This document shows positions 22,288 through 32,465 of a stretch of DNA of 64,000 bases, in pieces; the stretch's first letter is position 1, and each line of letters starts with the position of its first letter. Origin of the DNA: Bdellovibrionales bacterium. GTDB taxonomy: Bacteria > Bdellovibrionota > Bdellovibrionia > Bdellovibrionales > UBA1609. The stretch is taken from contig DAHVQG010000001.1 of the NCBI GenBank assembly GCA_027317865.1, positions 192,001 through 256,000 of the forward strand, given 5' to 3'. The notes beneath the pieces are model-generated. The model was not told where the DNA came from. It searched no databases and saw only the letters and a list, made by a program, of their open reading frames with translations. Made by a program: the position numbers and the translations under genes.

Positions 22288-23609
22288 TCAATTTTAAAGT
22301 CTTTAATCTTTTTATAGAGGCTTGAGCGCGAAATTCGTAGATTTCGCGAGACCTCGTCTACGTCATTATATTTTTTCAGTGCCTGAAAGATCACGTTTGT
22401 TTCAAAATCGACAAGCATTTTTTCGAGACCCATAGAAAAATCAAATTCAGGTTTGGCATCGCTCACAAATTTTGGTTGTACGATTTTGACGACATCTTCG
22501 CTGCGAATAACCGGCAAAGGCGAAGTCAGTGCCAGCTGTTCACACACCCGCTTAAGTTCCCGAACGTTGCCCGGCCAAGCGTAATTAATCATCGCGCGAA
22601 GCGCATCATCGGATAATTCTTTCTTGTGAAAACGTTCAAGCGACAAAAACCACTTTGTGAGGTCGGCGACATCATCTTTTCTTTCTCTCAATGGTGGCAA
22701 CAATATTTTTTTACTGCTTAAGCGCCAGAGCAAGTCCTCGCGGAATAATTTTTCTTGCGCCATTTTCTCAAGATTTCGGTTGGTGGCGACAATCACGCGT
22801 GTCGACGTGCGAATGACTTCTTTGCCGCCGATGCGGCGAACCTCACCGGACTCCAGAAATCGTAAGAGTTTCACTTGCAACGGGAGCGACAGGGATTCAA
22901 TTTCATCCAAAAACAGATCACCATTGTGGGCGGCTTCAGCTAATCCAATTTTATTTTGATCGGCGCCGGTAAAAGCTCCGCGCACGTGGCCGAATAGCTC
23001 GGATTCGAATAAATTTTCAGGGATCGCCGACACGTTCACCGCGATAAAAGGCCGCCCCGGTTCGTTGTTGTGAATCAACTGAGCCGCGACCTCTTTGCCT
23101 GTCCCCGATTCGCCCTCAAGTAAAATGGGCCCTGGTTCACCGCGCAATAGCGCAATTTGGCGTTTCACGTCTTGAGAAGCTTGAGAATTGCCGACCCAAA
23201 CCGGTCTTTTATCGGGATGGTTAAAAGTGGCGGCTTGCATAAGCAGAAGGGCTTCAATTTTATCAAGGATGAGTAAGACCTCTTCAATGTTGAGAGGTTT
23301 GGCGATGTAACGTGAAGCGCCGGCGCGGATGCAATCCTCCATCAGGTCACGGTCAAGGTCACCGGACATCGCGATAATTTCTAAATACGGCATTCGCTCT
23401 TTGAGCATTCGAATAGCGTCCAAACCTTCGGCTCGGGATGTGTTGCCGGTCAAATGCATGTCCACCATCGCCGCGGAAAACGCGCCATTTTGCGGGACAG
23501 ACGCCGCGTTATTAAACGCGGCTAAGCGCCAGTGGGTTGGCAATCCAATCCGAAGTGTTTGCAAAATCAAATCGTCGTCATCGATCGCTAACAATGTGAA
23601 AGAATTCAT
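22269..23609 (-). CDS. sigma54-dependent response regulator (REC-AAA+-HTH)
   Basis: IDDD receiver, GESGTGKE, GAFTGA, LFLDEI, WPGNVREL; ATG 23609. Confidence 0.95.
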   Translation of the reverse strand: MNSFTLLAIDDDDLILQTLRIGLPTHWRLAAFNNAASVPQNGAFSAAMVDMHLTGNTSRAEGLDAIRMLKERMPYLEIIAMSGDLDRDLMEDCIRAGASRYIAKPLNIEEVLLILDKIEALLLMQAATFNHPDKRPVWVGNSQASQDVKRQIALLRGEPGPILLEGESGTGKEVAAQLIHNNEPGRPFIAVNVSAIPENLFESELFGHVRGAFTGADQNKIGLAEAAHNGDLFLDEIESLSLPLQVKLLRFLESGEVRRIGGKEVIRTSTRVIVATNRNLEKMAQEKLFREDLLWRLSSKKILLPPLRERKDDVADLTKWFLSLERFHKKELSDDALRAMINYAWPGNVRELKRVCEQLALTSPLPVIRSEDVVKIVQPKFVSDAKPEFDFSMGLEKMLVDFETNVIFQALKKYNDVDEVSRNLRISRSSLYKKIKDFKIDWRSNT

Positions 23610-23679
23610 GTTAGATTGTTTAAACCATGCCCAATACAAACGCAAACCGAAGCTTTCGCGTGAAGGGAATAAACAGAAC

Positions 23680-24900
23680 ATGCGCAAACGAATTTTACTG
23701 TTAGAGGGGATTCACCCTGGGGCCAAAACCCGCCTAGAAGCCGCTGGATTTTCAGTTGAAACTGAAAAAGGTGGTTTTGAGGGCGAGAAATTGATCGCTC
23801 GCGCAAATGGCTTTCAGGCCATCGGGATTCGATCGAAAACGAAGCTTACAGTTGAAGTGCTAAATAAACTCCCTGAACTTGAAGTAATCGGCTGTTTTTG
23901 TATCGGTACGGACCAGGTCGCGCTTGATCACGCCAACGAAATTGGTCTACCGGTTTTCAATGCGCCTTACAGTAATACGCGCAGCGTGGCCGAACTCATG
24001 ATGTCCGAGATGGTCGCTTTGTCTCGTCAACTCGCCGATCGCACAATGCAAATGCATAAGGGAGTGTGGCGTAAATCCGCCGTTGGTTCGAACGAAATTC
24101 GCGGTAAAACTGTCGGGATAGTAGGCTATGGTCATATCGGTACGCAGGTGAGTGTGTTGGCTGAAGCCTTCGGTCTTCATGTCCTTTATTATGATATCGT
24201 TAAAAAATTACCAATGGGCAATGCGCGCCCATGTGAATCGCTCCACGAACTTCTCGGCCGATCCGACTTTGTAACATTGCATGTGCCGGATACACCGTTG
24301 ACACGCGGGATGATGGGCGAAGCGGAATTGCGCGCGATGAAAAAAGGTGCCTATTTGTTAAATGCCAGTCGAGGTAAAGTCGTCGATATTCCAAAACTTG
24401 CCGAATTGTTAAAATCGCATCACATTGCGGGGGCGGCGCTTGATGTATTTCCGGCTGAACCGGCATCAAACGATCAGCCATTTGTCTCAGAGGTACAAGA
24501 GTTAGAAAATGTGATACTCACGCCTCACGTCGGTGGGAGCACCGAAGAAGCGCAAGAAGCGATCGGGCAAGAAGTGTCAGAAAGTTTCGTACGTTTTTTC
24601 AATTCAGGCGCAACGACTGGTGTTGTGAATTTTCCGCGTTTGGATGTTGCCGACCCGCGCGAGTTCCCTCGAATAGTGAACATTCATAAAAACGTTCCTG
24701 GAGTTTTAAGTGCTGTAAACAGTATTGTCTCTGAAGTTGGGGCAAATATTGTGGCACAAAATTTGGCAACCGATTCGAGGTTAGGCTATCTGATTATGGA
24801 TCTCGGAGTGGCCGATAAAGCGGCTCTCAATGCGGTCGCCGATAAAATCGGTAAACTAAAAACGTCAATTCGCACGTGGGTGCTCAACCAGTCTGTCTAA
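23680..24900 (+). CDS. serA: D-3-phosphoglycerate dehydrogenase with C-terminal ACT domain
   Basis: GCFCIGT, NAPYSNTRSVAE, GYGHIG, TPHVGGST, HKNVPGVL; true start ATG 23680. Confidence 0.95.
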   Translation: MRKRILLLEGIHPGAKTRLEAAGFSVETEKGGFEGEKLIARANGFQAIGIRSKTKLTVEVLNKLPELEVIGCFCIGTDQVALDHANEIGLPVFNAPYSNTRSVAELMMSEMVALSRQLADRTMQMHKGVWRKSAVGSNEIRGKTVGIVGYGHIGTQVSVLAEAFGLHVLYYDIVKKLPMGNARPCESLHELLGRSDFVTLHVPDTPLTRGMMGEAELRAMKKGAYLLNASRGKVVDIPKLAELLKSHHIAGAALDVFPAEPASNDQPFVSEVQELENVILTPHVGGSTEEAQEAIGQEVSESFVRFFNSGATTGVVNFPRLDVADPREFPRIVNIHKNVPGVLSAVNSIVSEVGANIVAQNLATDSRLGYLIMDLGVADKAALNAVADKIGKLKTSIRTWVLNQSV

Positions 24901-24993
24901 ACTATAAACACTGAAAACGACAAATTTTGTCGCGGGTGCACCGGATACGATGCCCCAGGTGCGGTTAATTCGGTTAAGAGGCGCATATTGCAC

Positions 24994-25009
24994 TGGCCTG
25001 TGGCTTGCA
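24994..25009 (+). promoter_or_regulatory. putative sigma54 (-24/-12) promoter
   Basis: TGGCCTGTGGCTTGCA = GG-N10-GC upstream of ORF 25095. Confidence 0.55.
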
Positions 25010-25094
25010 CCGTTCGCGCATGAGTGAAGTGAGTCGCCAAGCGGGAGCGGTCCTGTTGGGACTTGCCAGAATTAACGGTTAAAGGGAGTTATAT

Positions 25095-25769
25095 ATGAGC
25101 CAAAAATCTATAATCGTTTTGATTGCCAGCTTAATCACGGCTTTTGCTTCAGCAAGCTTTGCAAGCACAGCGGCCGCTAAAAATAATGCCGCTGAAAATT
25201 GTCGGCCGGCGCTCGTTTTGAATCCCGCGCAAATTTCGACGGAACTAACTGAAATGGCAAAAGACAAAAATGCGAATGTGCAGCTTAAAGATGAACTTGT
25301 TAAAGTCAAAGATGAGATGAGTCTACCTATTATTAAGGATATTCGCATTGCGAACTGGGTGGCCTCGGACAAAACAGATCTTCCGCTTTTTAACCAGTCG
25401 TGCGAAATGACCACGACTAAGCTCGGCGATAATACTGAAACACATTCGGTAAACATTCATTTTAAAATTCCAACTAAGGTTTCGGTTGAGATCATTCGGC
25501 ATTTAAAAGACGGAAAAATTAAAGTCGTCAAAGACTTGATCAATGTTGACCCTGCAGAAGCCGTGGCTGCGTTTAAACAAATGCGGGCTTACAACAAATC
25601 GATAAAAAGTTCGAGTCTAAAAGAGAAATTGGCGAATGAGCCTGTGTTCTCGACATTCAAAGACGCCACGGTTCGAATTGATGAAAGCAAAGACAAAGAC
25701 TTGCAAAGCGTAACGAATGACGTTCTCAAGGCGATTGGCAACGCGATTTCAACGCAACAGAATTCATAG
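25095..25769 (+). CDS. secreted hypothetical protein
   Basis: Signal peptide ending ASFA; AAGGGAG SD. Confidence 0.75.
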   Translation: MSQKSIIVLIASLITAFASASFASTAAAKNNAAENCRPALVLNPAQISTELTEMAKDKNANVQLKDELVKVKDEMSLPIIKDIRIANWVASDKTDLPLFNQSCEMTTTKLGDNTETHSVNIHFKIPTKVSVEIIRHLKDGKIKVVKDLINVDPAEAVAAFKQMRAYNKSIKSSSLKEKLANEPVFSTFKDATVRIDESKDKDLQSVTNDVLKAIGNAISTQQNS

Positions 25770-25812
25770 TGAGTTAAGCTCTCTCGGCCATATTTTTTAT
25801 GGCCGCCGGTAC

Positions 25813-27231
25813 TCAATCGAACATTTTGCCCGGATTAAGAATATGATCCGGGTCAAAAACCCGCTTTATTTCTTTCATGAGTTGAATTTCTTCCGCGCTT
25901 CGCGAGTAATGCAGAAACGGCTTTTTGACGAGCCCTACGCCGTGTTCGGCAGAAACGCTGCCTTCGAATTTTTCAATCATGCGAAACATTTTTTCATCGA
26001 CATGATGGCATCGCTCAACAAATTCGTTGCTCGACAAATTGTCTGGTTTGAGAATATTCACGTGCAAATTGCCGTCACCGATATGGCCAAACCACACCAC
26101 CTCAAACTCGGGATGTTCGCCCGCCAGAACCGCGGTCATTTCGTTTAAAAATTCCGGCACACGTGACACGCGAACCGAAATGTCGTTTTTGTACGGTTGT
26201 TTGTGACTTGTAGCCTCGGTTATGTCTTCGCGAAGTGCCCACAGTTCCGCCGCTTGTTTCGGGCTTTGGCTGATTACGCCGTCGACGACCAAACCTTCTT
26301 CGAGTAATTGGCCAAACAATTCCGTCGCTTGTTCGATGTATTCGTCCGATTCGCGTTCGAGCTCAATCAAAACAAAATATTTAGCCGCAGTTGAAAACGG
26401 CGGGCGCGCACCGTGAGCGGTCGTGTATTTTAGAGCGACGTCGGTAAACATTTCATAAGCAAAAATTGTAAATTGTGATTTGAACTGCGCGTAGATTTCC
26501 ATCACCGCTTCAAGGTCGTTGAGCCCCATTACAAAAACTACGAATTCTTTTGGAGGTTTAGCGAGTGCAACTGTGACTTCGGTGACAACCCCAAGCGTAC
26601 CCTCGCTGCCGATAAATAGTTGTCGCAAATCGTAACCGGTAGCGTTTTTTACAAGTGATTTGTTGAGTTCCAAGATATCGCCTCTACCGGTCACGACTTT
26701 GAGCCCCGCGACCCATTGCCGGGTCAAGCCATAGCGAATCACCTTAATGCCGCCCGCATTGGTAGCGACATTGCCGCCAATTTGACTTGAACCGCGAGAA
26801 GCGAAGTCGACAGGATAGTAAAACCCGTGTTCACGCGCGTACTTTTGTACCTGTTCGGTGACGACCCCCGCATCGCAACGGAGGGTTTGATCGAACGCGT
26901 CCAGTTCAAGAATTCGATTCATTTTTTGCAGACTTACGACCACTTCTTGTTGGGTGGCATAGGCGCCGGCGCTCAATCCTGTTCGACCGCCCGAAGGCAC
27001 CAGCGCGGTGCGAGTGCGACGTGCCCAATTGACGATGGTTTTCACCTCTTCGGTCGATTTCGGTAACAGTACAGCTGAAGCGTTTGCGGTGAAGTGTTTG
27101 GTCCAGTCCTTACCGTATTCAGCAAGGCTTTCAGGGTCGGTGCGGATTTCAATACCTTTGAGTGCGGGGAGTTCGGCCAACCGGTTTTTCTCCGAAGATG
27201 TTTTTGGGGAATTATTTTTGTCCATTCGCAA
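25813..27231 (-). CDS. FAD-linked oxidase, D-2-hydroxyglutarate/D-lactate dehydrogenase family
   Basis: PSGGRTGL, IGGNVATNAGG, GSEGTLG, HIGDGNLH, SAEHGVG, LNPGK. Confidence 0.92.
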   Translation of the reverse strand: MRMDKNNSPKTSSEKNRLAELPALKGIEIRTDPESLAEYGKDWTKHFTANASAVLLPKSTEEVKTIVNWARRTRTALVPSGGRTGLSAGAYATQQEVVVSLQKMNRILELDAFDQTLRCDAGVVTEQVQKYAREHGFYYPVDFASRGSSQIGGNVATNAGGIKVIRYGLTRQWVAGLKVVTGRGDILELNKSLVKNATGYDLRQLFIGSEGTLGVVTEVTVALAKPPKEFVVFVMGLNDLEAVMEIYAQFKSQFTIFAYEMFTDVALKYTTAHGARPPFSTAAKYFVLIELERESDEYIEQATELFGQLLEEGLVVDGVISQSPKQAAELWALREDITEATSHKQPYKNDISVRVSRVPEFLNEMTAVLAGEHPEFEVVWFGHIGDGNLHVNILKPDNLSSNEFVERCHHVDEKMFRMIEKFEGSVSAEHGVGLVKKPFLHYSRSAEEIQLMKEIKRVFDPDHILNPGKMFD

Positions 27232-27292
27232 TATCCTTGCTGATTGAGCTGTCAGGGCCTAATGTAGACAACGTCTAACCAACCATAAAATT

Positions 27293-28738
27293 ATGAAAAT
27301 CCTTGAGCGATTGCAACTTAACAATGTCCACTTTGAGGGCGCCAGTGAAATCGGAAAAACTACATTTTCTTCGGTCCCGTTTATAGCGGCTGGGTTGCTT
27401 TCGGCAGCGGTATGTTCGCTCTATTTAAAGCTCTTTTTATATTCTGAAAATGTGGCCATGCGCGTGTTCCATCAACATGAATGGCAATTGCTTATCATTT
27501 GTCCGGTCGTTTTTGTACTGGCGACTTGGATTGTCCGCCGGTTTGCCCCTGGTAACGGTGGTAGCGGTATCCCGCAAGTCATGGCGACGATGATGGCCGA
27601 CGATATGGTGGCTGCAAACCCATCTGAAACACAAGTTAATCCCGAAATGGTTTCGCACCGATTTCTCAATTGGCGCGTTTTACCAGTCAAAATTCTCAGT
27701 TGTTGTATTGGCTCGCTTGGGGGCGGAGGTATTGGTCCTGAAGGGCCGTGCGTTCAACTCTCGGCCGTTGTGTTTCGGATGACCCGCGATTTTTGGAAGC
27801 GTGTATTTGGCACGGAGCTTTCTTTTTATAACATGCTGGTGGCTGGCGGCGCAGGTGGTATAGCGGCCGCTTTTAATACGCCTCTCGGCGGTATTATGTT
27901 TGGCCTTGAACATATGGCCAAATCGCACGTTGCAACGATTCGTTTAGGGACAATCGAAGCCGTCATCGCTTGCGGTTTTCTTTCGCAATTATTAAACGGC
28001 CCGTACTTGTACCTCGGCTTTCCGGTACTGAGCACGGTGGGCTGGCGCGACCTGCTTTTGGTTTTGGGGATAAGTTTTTTTGGCGGTATTGCTGGCGCAT
28101 TATTTGGCGTGTTTCTGCGAAAAATTATTTGTTGGCGCCGTAATTTAAGCACAAAAGGTTTGTACACGTGGTCGGTTATTGCCGGTTTGGCGACAGCCGT
28201 TTTAATCATAATAGTCGGCGAAAGCGCGTTGGGCTCCGGCCACGAGTTGATGAAAGAAATTTTGTTTAAGAACGAGCCGACCACCGTATTTCATTCGGCG
28301 TTAACCTGCATCGCCCGTTTTGTTTCGCCGCTTTTTGTGGCATGTAGCGAAGTGGCGGCCGGTATTTTTGCGCCGTCTTTGGCGGCCGGCGCGGCGATTG
28401 GTCAGTTTTTCAGTCAAGTTTTTAACCCTTCGATCGCCCATTTATCCGCTATTTGCGGCATGATCGCCTTTTTAACGGGAATGACCCGCACTCCGCTTAC
28501 TGCTTTTGTGATTATGATGGAAATGACCGATCGCCACACTGCCATTTTCGCAATGATGTTGGCCGCAATCGTCGCGTTTATTTCGGCACGGGCCGTTGAG
28601 AAAGAGCCGTTTTACGACCAAATGGCCGAGATTTATTTAGGCCGTAAAACGGTAACGGCGGGAGTTGCACCCCCATCGGCGGCGCCAGTGTCCAAACCGG
28701 CAGAAGCGGTGACTGAGACTGATACCGATGTGGATTAG
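27293..28738 (+). CDS. CLC-family chloride channel/antiporter
   Basis: GSGIP, GPEGP, AAAFNTPLGG, GIFAPSL. Confidence 0.93.
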   Translation: MKILERLQLNNVHFEGASEIGKTTFSSVPFIAAGLLSAAVCSLYLKLFLYSENVAMRVFHQHEWQLLIICPVVFVLATWIVRRFAPGNGGSGIPQVMATMMADDMVAANPSETQVNPEMVSHRFLNWRVLPVKILSCCIGSLGGGGIGPEGPCVQLSAVVFRMTRDFWKRVFGTELSFYNMLVAGGAGGIAAAFNTPLGGIMFGLEHMAKSHVATIRLGTIEAVIACGFLSQLLNGPYLYLGFPVLSTVGWRDLLLVLGISFFGGIAGALFGVFLRKIICWRRNLSTKGLYTWSVIAGLATAVLIIIVGESALGSGHELMKEILFKNEPTTVFHSALTCIARFVSPLFVACSEVAAGIFAPSLAAGAAIGQFFSQVFNPSIAHLSAICGMIAFLTGMTRTPLTAFVIMMEMTDRHTAIFAMMLAAIVAFISARAVEKEPFYDQMAEIYLGRKTVTAGVAPPSAAPVSKPAEAVTETDTDVD

Positions 28739-28744
28739 TGTCGA

Positions 28745-29125
28745 TTAGTTCGCCGCACTCTTAACTTGATTGAATTCTTGTACTTCAGCTAGGTTCAACT
28801 GTTGGCCGGTTTTTCGACTATCAACTATACGATGCAATACGGTAAGTGCGACGCGAACGGTTTCGGCAGCGTGGGCTAAATCGGTTTGTTTGTCGGGTGT
28901 CGCTCCAGCGGCATTGAGACAAATTTTTTCGACCACGGCGCACAACTCGCTGATTTCAGGAATTCCGTAAGTTTTGCCTGTGCCTTTGAGTTTATGAAAA
29001 TCTTCGCGCAACCGTACAAATTCGCGCGCTTTGAGATGCGATTCAATTTCAGAAAACTTTTGCGGAAAGCTCGCCAGGTATTCCGTACGCAGTTCCGCCA
29101 TCATTTGTTCAAATGAAGAGTCCAT
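28745..29125 (-). CDS. Hpt phosphotransfer protein
   Basis: HKLKGTGKTYG motif. Confidence 0.88.
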   Translation of the reverse strand: MDSSFEQMMAELRTEYLASFPQKFSEIESHLKAREFVRLREDFHKLKGTGKTYGIPEISELCAVVEKICLNAAGATPDKQTDLAHAAETVRVALTVLHRIVDSRKTGQQLNLAEVQEFNQVKSAAN

Positions 29126-29134
29126 CGCGCTACC

Positions 29135-30481
29135 TCAAACTACAGCCCGCAACTGGGCGTTTGCTGTGCGCCGCCATTTGGGGACGGTAAAATAAAACGT
29201 CGACCCGTCACCTGGACGTGAGCGCACGCCAATTGTTCCACCATGCTGTTCAACAAGAGTTTTGGCAATGGCGAGACCAAGTCCGGTACCTTTGACCAGC
29301 GGATTTTGCGGACTCGACGCTTGCCGAAATTTTTCAAATATGAGCGCTTGATCTTCGGGAGCAATGCCGCGGCCTTTATCATGCACTTCAACTGTCAATT
29401 CACCCGGTTCGGCGTCGCAAACGATCTTAACGGTTACGGCTTGGCCCTTAGGACTATATTTAACAGCATTCGAGAGTAAATTCGTTAACACCTGTTGAAT
29501 TCGATCGCTATCAACGTACAGTTCGTATCCGTCGGTGTCGGCGTGTTCGAGACGAACTTGAGCCGTTTGACAAAAGCCCGACAGCCGCTGAAACGTGTTC
29601 GATATAAGATCGTGAGATGAAATCCAAGCCGGGTGTAACGGAAATTGTCGCGCTTCAATTTTGGCTAAATCTAACAGTTCGTTGATGAGGCGAATCAACC
29701 GGTCGGTTTCGTCGAGGGCTATTGTCATGAGATTTTGCGCGCTTTCAGTGATCTTGCCCATGATCCCCGAATTGAGAAGCGCGAGCGACCCTTTAATCGA
29801 GGTGAGCGGAGTACGCAGTTCGTGACTGGCGATACTTAAAAAATCCGATTTTGCTTTATCAAGTGATTTGAGCTCCTCGATTTGACCGAGCACTTGCTGC
29901 GCCATTCGGTCAAAAGCGCTTTGCAATTCACCGATTTCATTCGGTTCGGGCACCGCGAACTCATACGAGTAGCGGTTGTGTACAAATTCTTCCATCCGTT
30001 TTGATAAATCGCGAAGCGGGGCAAATAAATAAAGAAGCACGTAAAATAAAAGGCCAAACGAAAAAAACAGGGTGGAGGCGACGGTCAGTGAACCAAAGAA
30101 TTTTGCCCGTCTCGAAAAATAATCGATGAGCGGATGCAAATAACTGCGATATTCATTTTCACTTCGCGATAGAAAACGCAGATTTTTTGTAGAAGGATTT
30201 TTCAATACGGCTTTGACCGCGTCAGCGCGAAATTCGGGTTGCAATTTTTTTGCCCGCACTCGCCAATTTTGAATCCATTTGTCGGTTTTTTGGCTGGTGT
30301 TGCCCGAAAGCGACTTGTATTTATACGCGATCATCGCGTCGACAAGATCGTAACTCTGCGCCAAATCGGAATTCAACTGCGAGAATTGTTCAAACGAGGC
30401 AAAGGTTAGAAAACCCGACGCCACCACGATTGAGAGGCAGATAGCCGATATCACTAACAAACGCGCGCGAATCGACTTCAC
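29135..30481 (-). CDS. HAMP-domain sensor histidine kinase
   Basis: 2 TM, HAMP, SHELRTPL, NLLSNAVKY, DKGRG, GTGLGL. Confidence 0.95.
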   Translation of the reverse strand: MKSIRARLLVISAICLSIVVASGFLTFASFEQFSQLNSDLAQSYDLVDAMIAYKYKSLSGNTSQKTDKWIQNWRVRAKKLQPEFRADAVKAVLKNPSTKNLRFLSRSENEYRSYLHPLIDYFSRRAKFFGSLTVASTLFFSFGLLFYVLLYLFAPLRDLSKRMEEFVHNRYSYEFAVPEPNEIGELQSAFDRMAQQVLGQIEELKSLDKAKSDFLSIASHELRTPLTSIKGSLALLNSGIMGKITESAQNLMTIALDETDRLIRLINELLDLAKIEARQFPLHPAWISSHDLISNTFQRLSGFCQTAQVRLEHADTDGYELYVDSDRIQQVLTNLLSNAVKYSPKGQAVTVKIVCDAEPGELTVEVHDKGRGIAPEDQALIFEKFRQASSPQNPLVKGTGLGLAIAKTLVEQHGGTIGVRSRPGDGSTFYFTVPKWRRTANAQLRAVV

Positions 30482-30487
30482 TGACCG

Positions 30488-30868
30488 TCACCCCGCTTTG
30501 TTATTAACTGCTGAGCTTAAGATATTTTCAATTTGTGAGCACAATTGAAGCGGATCAAAAGGTTTAGCAATATACCCGACGGTCATAGGGCGAAATTCTT
30601 CAACACGCGCCGTTTGCGGATTGGCACTTAAGAAAATTATGGGGGCTGTCGGTTGGCCCAACTGGCGGATTTCGTTGCATACGTCGGCGCCGCTTTTGTG
30701 CGGCATCATTTCGTCAAGTAAGATCACGTCAAACTGACCGGTCATCGCGTTTGACTTAGCCGCATTGCCGTCCGCGACCCATGTCACCTGGTGATGGCCG
30801 ACATGTTCAAGAGCCAAGCGCGCGATAGTCGCAATGTTCGGATCGTCTTCACATAAAAGAATATTCAT
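30488..30868 (-). CDS. single-domain response regulator
   Basis: LCEDD, LLDEMMP, KPF; ATG 30868 overlaps the upstream stop. Confidence 0.92.
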   Translation of the reverse strand: MNILLCEDDPNIATIARLALEHVGHHQVTWVADGNAAKSNAMTGQFDVILLDEMMPHKSGADVCNEIRQLGQPTAPIIFLSANPQTARVEEFRPMTVGYIAKPFDPLQLCSQIENILSSAVNNKAG

Positions 30869-31566
30869 GCGGCTCCCTTCAGCTGGCGTGTTGCTTGACC
30901 AATCCACACCCGAACTCGCTTGTAAAAGGCATCATTTGTTGTGACGAAGGCGACATTAATCTCGTACCCATTTTCAGTTTTTCGACACGAAACCACCTTT
31001 AATGGCGGTGGATTTTTTATTTCAAGTTTGCGAAAAAAATCCGTCGTCACTTGAACTGTTGTACCTTCGGCAATTTCAACATTGGAGTGCAGAATAAGGC
31101 CGAGCTCATTGAGCTGGATCAGCCTCGCTTCGGTTGCGATTTGGGCGACGGCGTATGTTGATCCGGCGGGTAAATCGTAGTGAAGACGGTCAGTCGGCGG
31201 TTTTTTTCGAAATAGGCCGTCTACTTTTTCAAGAAGCAACATGGGGTCAATTGGTTTAATGATGTAATCGTCCACTCCTGCGCGGATGGCCTTTTCAATA
31301 TCCTTCTTTTCGCGAAGTCCGGTAAGCATTGCAATCGACATTCGTTCAAAACGTTTATTGTTTTTGATCGTGCGAACCAATTCGAATCCAGAAAATTGCG
31401 GCATGTTGGCGTCAGTGATCAAAAGATCGTATCTCGAAGCATTGAGCAGATCCATTGCGCGAATCGCGTCGTTCGCCGTGAACACTTCGTGTTTGCTCAC
31501 ACTCAATACTTTTTCGACGACGCGGAGAACGTCCGGATCGTCATCCACTACTAAAATTCGCGCCAT
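30865..31566 (-). CDS. response regulator with beta-rich (PilZ-like?) C-terminal domain
   Basis: VVDDD, ITDANMP, DYIIKP receiver motifs; C-terminal assignment uncertain. Confidence 0.85.
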   Translation of the reverse strand: MARILVVDDDPDVLRVVEKVLSVSKHEVFTANDAIRAMDLLNASRYDLLITDANMPQFSGFELVRTIKNNKRFERMSIAMLTGLREKKDIEKAIRAGVDDYIIKPIDPMLLLEKVDGLFRKKPPTDRLHYDLPAGSTYAVAQIATEARLIQLNELGLILHSNVEIAEGTTVQVTTDFFRKLEIKNPPPLKVVSCRKTENGYEINVAFVTTNDAFYKRVRVWIGQATRQLKGAA

Positions 31567-31572
31567 ATAAAG

Positions 31573-31797
31573 TTATGTCGGCGAGTTGATGCGAAAAATC
31601 CAGTAGATAAAGCAACTACCGAAACTAGCGGTTGCGATAAAATAAATACCGACAAACGCCCAATGCGGGCCCCCGGCGATGGCCCAGGTGAGAAGTAAAA
31701 TGCCGATGATGTAACGTAGGATTCGCTCCCACAGGCGGACATTTCGTTGCACGATAATCAGTGTAGCGCGCATCGAAGATTTTTGCCATACTCTCAC
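31573..31797 (-). CDS. YgaP/DUF2892-like small membrane protein
   Basis: RNV..WERILR, 2 TM, GSCFIY..F.INS; start uncertain. Confidence 0.7.
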   Translation of the reverse strand: MRVWQKSSMRATLIIVQRNVRLWERILRYIIGILLLTWAIAGGPHWAFVGIYFIATASFGSCFIYWIFRINSPT

Positions 31798-31800
31798 TGC

Positions 31801-32394
31801 ATGAGTCGCAAGTTATTTGCCGGAATTGCAATACCCAAATCGAAAGTTGAGACGCTCGAACAGTCGTTGGCTCGCCTTAAACGAACGGCCCACGAGCGCG
31901 AATTTCAAATGCAGTGGGTACCAAAGGCTAACTGGCACATTACGCTATGGTACTTTGGTCCGTCGACGGTTGAAGAAGAAAAGACTATTCGTGAGCGGTT
32001 ACTAAGTTTAGCGCAAGAACAACGCGCGGCGATCGATCTCGACGTCCGGGGCTTTGGAGCATTCCCTGAACCGACGCATGCCCGTGTTTTTTGGGCTGGT
32101 GTGAGTCGAACACGTGAACTGGTCGAACTTTACGACCGGGGAGTGGCAAAATTTAGTTCGTCAGTGAATGACATGACACCGGCAAACCGCGATGAAGATT
32201 CAGGTTTATTTGCGCCTCATCTCACGTTGGCGCGGTTTCGAAATTTGCAGTCGGCCTCGCCCTTGATTGAACCGTTCGCGCGTAAGCGGTTATTCTCATT
32301 TCGAATAGATGAAATCATACTCTTTGAATCCGTGCTTGAAGGACATTATCCAAAGTACACGCCACTTACCAGGTTTGCTTTTGCACCAAAGTGA
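31801..32394 (+). CDS. thpR: RNA 2',3'-cyclic phosphodiesterase (2H family)
   Basis: Two HxT motifs (HITL, PHLTLAR), GAFP..ARVFWAG. Confidence 0.9.
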   Translation: MSRKLFAGIAIPKSKVETLEQSLARLKRTAHEREFQMQWVPKANWHITLWYFGPSTVEEEKTIRERLLSLAQEQRAAIDLDVRGFGAFPEPTHARVFWAGVSRTRELVELYDRGVAKFSSSVNDMTPANRDEDSGLFAPHLTLARFRNLQSASPLIEPFARKRLFSFRIDEIILFESVLEGHYPKYTPLTRFAFAPK

Positions 32395-32465
32395 CAATTT
32401 GAGGCGTAGTAGTGAAAATTCTTACCGTCGCGCTGGGACGTCTTGTGTGGTAAGTTAGCGCCACG

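Noticed and set aside
23329-23687. Long N-terminal extensions of serA and the sigma54 regulator in the ORF track
   Set aside because: They overlap each other on opposite strands; family motifs begin at ATG 23680 and ATG 23609.
24930-25020. GC-rich intergenic stretch as a structured ncRNA or riboswitch
   Set aside because: Only short imperfect pairings and no family motif I recognise; better explained as a sigma54 promoter region.
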